Positions 56,379-64,000 of a DNA stretch of 64,000 bases are shown in pieces. A program made the translations under genes and the position numbers. The notes under the pieces were generated by a model. It was not told the DNA's origin and did not search any database. It saw only the letters and a program-made list of their open reading frames with translations. The stretch lies in NCBI RefSeq assembly GCF_009914755.1, contig NC_060925.1; one strand, 5' to 3'. Every line of letters begins with the position of its first letter. Within the stretch, counting starts at the first letter, position 1. This DNA is from the human T2T-CHM13v2.0 reference genome, Homo sapiens.

Positions 56379-57854
56379 ATCTATAGGAGAGTTTCTTCCT
56401 TCCTTCGCTCTCATTCCATATTTCTTCACACATACCGTAATTCCAATTGCAATTATTTGTTTGTAGGTTCTGTCCCTCATTAGACAACAGATAATCTGTT
56501 CCGATCATCTTTATAACAACCCCAGTGCCTAACACAGTACCTCCCACAGAGCAAACATTCAACAAATAATTGTTGAATAGATAAAATATGCATGAATTAT
56601 CAAAGACCAGAATCGAACGAGTTTATCTCACACATATTCTCTTGGTATTACTGATAATGTCCCTAGTCAAATGGAATATTAAATATGTAATTACATTTAA
56701 TAAACATTTAATAAGAGATCATGTGGGATAAGAGCAGAATGGATGGATTTTTTTCCTTAAAGAGAGATTTTAATTAATATTTGAAATTCAGAACTATGGT
56801 GTTTTAGTTATATAGTGTATACTTTGTCTACTTATGTTGGTAACTGAAACTAGATAGAATTCTTTATTATTTAATGATTTGTTTCTGTGGCTATTTCTTG
56901 GAACCTTTTAGGTGTTATACATATGTATAAATTCACAATGTTTTTGCACATCTGAGTTTTGACTGTTCTTCAAAAACAACTTTAGTCATTTGACATTTTC
57001 TCCTCTTTTAAAGATCATTTTTCATTTTTTCTTTAACATCGTGCTAGACTTTCATTTAAATGAAATTACTGGGATGATGAGGAACAATTGAATAAATAAT
57101 GAAAAGTTATCCAGGTACATACTTAAGTTTAATTCAGAAAGAGAAAATGATTATGTCTTGTAATTGTGTATATTTGTTTCACAGTGCCTGATATTTTGGA
57201 ACAGGCTTTTTTCTTTATACTCTATTTATAAAGTGACTATTGATATTTATGATTTGTTTAATCACTTCTACTTACATGATACCATCAATTTGGCTTCGGT
57301 CAAGAGGGAACTGCTTGTGTTCTGGGCCAGGTGCTAGGCTTAGTGTTCTGATTTTCATAACACAATGGTCTAACTTGGCCTTTCATGTAAGTATAACACA
57401 ATACAGTTGCAGCTGCTTCATTTGTGTTTGCTTTGAGCTTGGCTCTGAAAGAATTCAGGCACCAAAAATTATGCCAAGACATCCAGAAAGCATAATTGAA
57501 CTAAGGCAGTAGCTGAATATTCCTATGTAACTCTCCCTGTGCTCTTGTCACTGTGACACCTAAGCATTCCCAATCAAATAAATACACTAGAAAGAAAACA
57601 TTGTCAAAAAAACAAATCTTTACATAGTTTTTAGAAGAATCTAAAGCCCTGGGAAATAAGATATAGGCTAAGTTAAAGTCCTGTGTAAAAAGAAATGTGT
57701 CTTAAGTATCGAGATTATCAGACTCAGTTGCTATTGGTTTCTGTTTTGAATCCTCTATAAGATCCTATGTAAGTGTTTTTCCAAGTTAAACAAAGAGATA
57801 GAAAGCTTCACGTCCACTATTTAATAAAGACTAGTAAGTGTCCATTGTCCAAAC

Positions 57855-58033
57855 TAGGGGTTTTCAACTCTGGCCATACATGAAAATCACCTAAGGAACT
57901 TCAAAAAATATACTGATGCTTAGACTCCACCTCAGACCAGTTAAATCAAAATCTCTAGACTAGAGCCCAGTCTTCTGTATTTTTTTAAAGGTCCCAGATG
58001 ATTCTAATATGCAGCTAGGGTTGTAAGCCATTT
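57855..58033. mobile_element. MER5-family (hAT-Charlie) MITE
   Basis: ttttcaactctggcc...aatcacctaaggaactt...cccagatgattctaatatgcagctagggttg. Confidence 0.8.
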
Positions 58034-59587
58034 GTCTAAATGATTGATAAAATATTAGGAACTCATTTTAGTCAGTGTGTTACCTGTGAATATGAGTGCT
58101 TTCTTTCCTACCTTCAAGTCTGACATAAGAAACTAAGAAGCAGTATTTTCTCAGTGGCCTTTGTTACTCACATACTAATTGCTGAGTTGCCTGTTAGTTG
58201 CCCTTCTGTGTTTGCCACAATCAGTTCAGATGACCAATGTAAATTTACAAAATACTTGCTTTACCTTTGACCAGCCTAAGAATCTCAGATTTCAGGGTGA
58301 AATATTGAAATTCAATTCATAGCATCCAAGCTACAATACAGTTCCAACTTTCATATTCTCAGCATTACTGTATTCCAAGAGGATACTTAAAACTTATTTC
58401 CCATGATGCTTAAAGACTCTCTATCCGTGTTTCTTCCCTCTTTTCACTAACCATCTGCATGGAGTTAAAATCCATAATAGGATCGCCCTCCAGTGAGACC
58501 TCTTTTAATGAACAGTATATATATATATATATATTTATTTATTCATATGTGTATGAATGTATAGATATGAGTATATTCATATGTCTATGAAAATGTTATT
58601 ACCAAAGGTAGAAATCATATAGCAATCATGGGTATGTCAGAAAACTATAGCCTGTAGATATTAACTATATCTTTAAGTCATTTTGTAATCAGAAAGGGCA
58701 TAATTTTAAAATCTTCTAATGATAAATATCTTAGAAAATATATAATTTAGAACCAAAGGTCTCAGAGCAGAGAAAAAAAAAGAATAAGGTTAGATACAAC
58801 TCCTTAAGGGAACAGGGTGAGAACTGGCAAATACCTGGAGGAAAAGGGAGCAGGCTTGGTTAGGAAATACTACCAAGACTCTAAACTTGAAAGAATTAAA
58901 GAATGAGGGAAGCCCTCCTCAATCTGTGGTAATTCCTAGAAATGGGCTTGCAGCAGCACTAACTACTGGAGATTCCAACTTACCCTAACCAGGAGAAGAG
59001 GGCTGTTTGAGAGAGAGGATGAGATACACTCACAGCTCATTCTTATAGATGATGTACCATAAACCCTTTTCCTCTCAAAGCAAAGATATTTCTCCTCAGT
59101 TTTAATGGGCAAGGGGAAACACAAGACCTCTCATTTCACAATGAGAGATAAACACTTTGAAGGCCTAATGCCCACTTAAGGGAGCATGTAATTAGCTACT
59201 AAGTATAACCTCTTTTACAGAAGTTCTGAAGCCAGAGATGTAGAAAAGAAAATTTGCCACCTTCATGATTAAGCTAGAGTTAGCTATGCAAAAAAATATA
59301 TATATATATTTTGGTCTTCTCAGCTGTACTTATACTCAGCAAGGTATGAGAATTGCTGGTAAACAATAATACCCTTGGTGTGCCTTTCTACCATAAGGCC
59401 CTTTAATTTCATAACCAATGCCAGTAGCATTCCACTGGATTTTTAAAATGCTTTGTTTCTTTTATATTAAACATCTACTAATTTCAATTTAAAGAAACTT
59501 CATTCCAACAGTATTATTTGATTATAATATCAATACAAAATTTTTTGTCAGATTGTTGAGTGGCTGGTAAAAAAAAAAAAAAGGCTC

Positions 59588-60730
59588 TAGAAGAATTTGA
59601 ATAGATGTTTCTCCAAAGAAAATATACAAATGGCCAATACACACATGAAAAGATGCTCAATATCATTATTCATTAAGAAAAAAATCAAAACCACAATGAA
59701 ATACCACTTGATGCCCACTAGGATGACCACAATCAAAAAGAGAGACAATAATAAGTATTGGTGAGAATGTGGAGAAATTGGAATGTAAAATGGTGTGGCC
59801 ACTTTTGACAGCTCCTCAAAACATTAAATGTAGAGTTTCTATATGACCTAGCAATTCTACTTTTAGGAATATACACAAGAAAATTGAAAATATATGTCCA
59901 CATAAAATGTACACAGATGTTTATAGCAGCATTATTTATGACAGCCACAAAGTAGTCATAACCCAAATGTCTATCAACTGAAGAATAGATATGCAAACTA
60001 TGATTTATCCATACAATGGCTTATTATTTAGCCATGAAAAAGGAATGAGATACTGACACATGCCACAACATGAATGAACTTTGAAAATATTATGCTAAGT
60101 GAAAGAAGCCGTACCAAAGGCCACATGTTGTATGATTCCATTTATATGAGATGTTCAGAATAGGCAAATCTATACAGACCAAAAAAGAGATTAGTGTTTC
60201 TCATGAGTTGGGTGAGGGAGAAATGGGAAGTGACTGCTAATGGGCATGGGGTTTCTTTTTACATAATGAAAATGTTCAGGAATTAGACTGTGGTGATGGT
60301 TGCACAGCTTTGGGGATATATAAAAATCACTGAGTTGCATCTTTTATTTTTTACTTACTTTTTTTTTTTTAGATAGGGTCTCGCTGTGTCACCCATGCTG
60401 GACTGCAATGGCACAATCGTGGCTCACTGCAGCCTCAACAACCCAGGCTCAAACGAACCTCCCACCTCAGCTGTGAAGCTGGAACCACAAGCGCATGGCA
60501 CTGTACCTGGCTAATTTTTTTTTTTTTTTTAACTTTTGGAGAGATGGGATCTTGCTTATGTTGCCCAGGCTTGTCTCAAACTCCTGGGCTCAAGCAGTCA
60601 TCCTGCTTTGGTCTTCTAAAGTGCTGGGATTACAGGCATGAGTCACCATGCCCAGCAGAGTTGCACACTTTAAAAGGGTGAATTTATGGTATATGAATTG
60701 TATCTCAGTAAAACTTTTTAAAAAGTAAAA
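59588..60730 (+). mobile_element. L1MB 3' portion interrupted by an AluJ
   Basis: aatagatgtttctccaaagaaaatatacaaatggccaat, atatgacctagcaattctact and gccatgaaaaaggaatgaga. Confidence 0.9.
60342..60656 (-). mobile_element. AluJ
   Basis: Reverse dimer flanked by a gagttgca duplication. Confidence 0.9.
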
Positions 60731-61657
60731 CACCAGGCTTAGGAGACTTAGGATAAAAAATTTGAAAATATTAATACTTTAATATTGATTATAAATTGAA
60801 ATAATGTTTTAGATATATTTTAGATATGTAATATATTACATATTGGCTGCTTATTTTCTACAGTTTTTTTTAGTTAATCGTTTCTGATACTTTGCATATT
60901 TGCATTTTTATACAAACTACCATAATTTGGCCTACTATAAGGGAGATAGTACTAACTACTTTTACTCAAGGATGTAGAAATAGAAGCATAATATTTAGTT
61001 TAAAGAGAAAAAAGCTAATTTACAGTAGTGTCCTATATGTGGAATATTTTTTAATTTTTGCAAATTATCAACAAATTTTTATATCTTGTTCATGTTTGCA
61101 TAGCATATGTTATAGTTTCTTCTATAAATTCATACCTGTTAAATTGTTTGACCTTTTGTATTTTTAATACAGTCCACCTCTGCCTCTCCATTCTTGTAAG
61201 ATGTCCTATATGTGGGTTTGTTTAGTGGGATAATGCTGAGATTTCATATTAGAGGAGTGTTTTTATTATATTTGTATATCAATGCAATTAATATCAACAA
61301 ATCAGGAAATAGAAAAGGATGCTGTTTTGGCAAACATTCTTTCATTCAGTCCTCTGTATTGTACTATGGCTTGGTTCTGATGTCTCATAGTAATTTAAAC
61401 TCAGCTTCCCCCAAACTGTATTCACTTTATGTTTTTCTTAAAAAATTTTCCCTTGAATTTCTCTTTGTAGTGCTGCACATTTCTTCAGTTCCCAGGGCCA
61501 AAACCCTAAGAGTCATAATATACTCTTCCCCTTCTCTCAAATTCTGTCACCAGATCTTGTCTACCTCTCTTCAAATTCATTCATCCCCTTTTCCAGCCCC
61601 ACTGCCATTTACTGACTTCGCTTATCAGTACTTGTGGTTCCTTCCCTGAACTAGTAC

Positions 61658-62548
61658 CAGGGTCAGCTTCATGAGCATGAGACCAGTGCAGTACACAGGG
61701 CCTACACTTACAAAGGCTCAATGCATGAAGTTCAATGCTGTATTGTTGCCATCTCAAAGTTCTTAGTGATTGATCTTTGGATTTGTATTTTCTAAGTGAA
61801 GTTTAATGGGACAATGGAGAATTCGTGGGGACCTTGGGCATGGTACCACCTCCTGCTGCCTCCCTGGAATGAATTATCTGTTGCCCACTTCCCCACTCCC
61901 TGATCTCATTCAGCCTCCCTCTCTCTTCACCCAGCCACAGCTGTCACTCTCTGACCCTGGCAGGGGCCTTTGCACAAGTGTGAGAAAGATAGGGATTAGA
62001 CAGCACAACCCATGGTGTCTTGGAGCAGGGCTTGGTAAGGGTAGTCCTTGCCCCTGCCTGTCATCTCCAGGGATGTCTTACAGGTAGATAGAAACCACAA
62101 CTGTGTTTGGGTGGGCGGGGGAGGGGCAGGGGAGTGAAGGGACAAGCCTCTTGCCTATCTCCAAGCCAGGTACCTAGTGAGTTGTAGGGGCAGCCACAGG
62201 AAGGGAAGAAGCATCAGCCTCCCAGCATGGCATGACACGCAGGTTTGGTGGCTGGCATGGTGGAACCTGGTAGCCAGTGGACGCCCACTGCTGAGTCATA
62301 GTCTGGGGCCCCTGGCACCTCTGAAGGTTTATACTTACCTGTAATTTTTCCTGGTACTGGAGGAAGTGTGACATTAAATAGTAAATAAAAGGCAGCATGG
62401 CAAGTGGAGACAAAAACTACTGAAGAAAGGGAAAAGTTTCCTAATTTATAATAGTACGTTTAATGACATTGTCTTCCTGCTTTTTGAACAGTACTACTCC
62501 CAGCTTTTCATTTTGCACTGAGCCCCTCTAATTATGCTGCAGGTCCTG
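61658..62548 (+). mobile_element. MER45-family (hAT-Tip100, MER45B/C-like) element inserted in an L2
   Basis: Ends cagggtcagcttcatgagcatg and ttttcattttgcactgagccc...aattatgctgcaggtcctg; 8-bp TSD actagtac/tctagtgc. Confidence 0.85.
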
Positions 62549-63493
62549 TCTAGTGCAGTAGAGATTCTTAACTCACTCCCGGCCTCCAATTCCTCCTCAT
62601 CAACTTTAGCCTTCGCTCTGCTGCCAGAGTGGTCTCTAAAATCTAAACTCCATCATTACTTGGGCCTCCCTTGCTTAATGTCTTTTAGCTCTCTACGATT
62701 CCATGCCCATGAACAAGACTAGTTTCATACATTTTATTTGGCCTGCTCAGTGGTTTCTTCCTCCTCTCTCTTCCTTTCCCCTCTTCTTTCCCTTCATTTG
62801 AATGTCTTCAGACAGAACTACCTTTTACTTCAAAAACTGTCAGTCGCCCGCTGAAGGCTTTTGAGTTGAACTTGTGTTACAGGATGATAAAACCAAAGTT
62901 AAATTGGCACTGAGAGCTTTCATTGTCTAATTTTGTACTGCCTTTCCAGACTCATTTCCTAACGCTCAGTATCCTCATTTTCACCCCCAACTCTCTTCAG
63001 TCCTGAGTTCCATCTTTAACAAATCTGAGAGTTCCCCAAACAAGTTTTCTCAGGTCTCCTTACACATTTCTGCCCAGGAAGTCTACCTTCCATCCTTGCT
63101 AAAAGTATTCTCATCCATTAAGACTCAATTCCAGTGTTTCGTTACCTCTTCTAGGCAGCATTAACCTTGGCCGTCTCTGTCCTTCCACGGGAGTGTATAT
63201 TATCCATTATAGCACCGACACTATTATATTGTAGGGTTGCCTTCCCTAGTCTGTGATATTCTAGTTGGTGATCTCCAGAATAGGTTGTGTATACTTCAGA
63301 GGATACACAGACAATTCATTTGGGGTGCAGAAAGAAAATATTAAATGTTTGATATTTTAAAAAAATTTTTGCTCTTTAAAAGTTTTATGTTATTGAATAT
63401 TTTACAGTCATATATCAGAAAATCATATTTTATAAGTATATTTTATTAGGAAGGCACACTCAACAATATTTTATTCATTTCATAGTCAAAATT

Positions 63494-63808
<315 letters not shown>

Positions 63809-64000
63809 TAGAAACCACTCTTCTAGAAGACAAGAACTATATCTTATTCATCTCATAACTTCAGCACTGACCTTTTATTTTTCCTAATCTGTTTATGAAA
63901 ACTGATTTAATATATGGGTGATATTCTTGATTACCCAAAGTATGCACGTTGCAAAGACATTGACCTCTTATGCCATAGTTTCTTCATCATTAGTTGGTAG

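Overview
This window is primate (human-like) genomic DNA, AT-rich and dense in Alu, L1, L2, MIR, MaLR and DNA-transposon relics. It is almost entirely intronic sequence of RASAL2 (nGAP, a SynGAP/DAB2IP-family RasGAP) on the + strand; the gene was recognised from memory of the protein sequence, not from a database search. Two coding pieces are well supported. One is the short-isoform first exon (ATG 4307, MQTP, phase-1 donor at 4320) behind a GC-box/CCAAT promoter. The other is the shared 107-nt exon at 52844-52950 (EVPAERSPRRRS...PFKVP). Inside the ~48.5-kb intron between them are further phase-1-compatible exon candidates: 34931/34945-35050, a 33-nt microexon at 36043-36075, and an MGSSCDK first exon at 52030-52051. 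Together these suggest an N-terminus-swapping multi-promoter arrangement. Other notable structures are: a ~390-bp, ~97%-identical inverted duplication (20259-20647 / 21592-21978) with template-switch architecture; a multi-layer transposon nest holding a one-LTR MST element and a full-length piggyBac MITE (MER75) that keeps the PGBD4 N-terminal ORF; a triple-hairpin templated insertion in an Alu; a closely spaced inverted Alu pair; and an AP-1/ARE motif cluster. No prokaryotic-type system, CRISPR array, tRNA or rRNA is present. Nearly all ORFs in the supplied track are repeat-derived or chance. Repeat subfamily names and boundaries were assigned by eye and are approximate.
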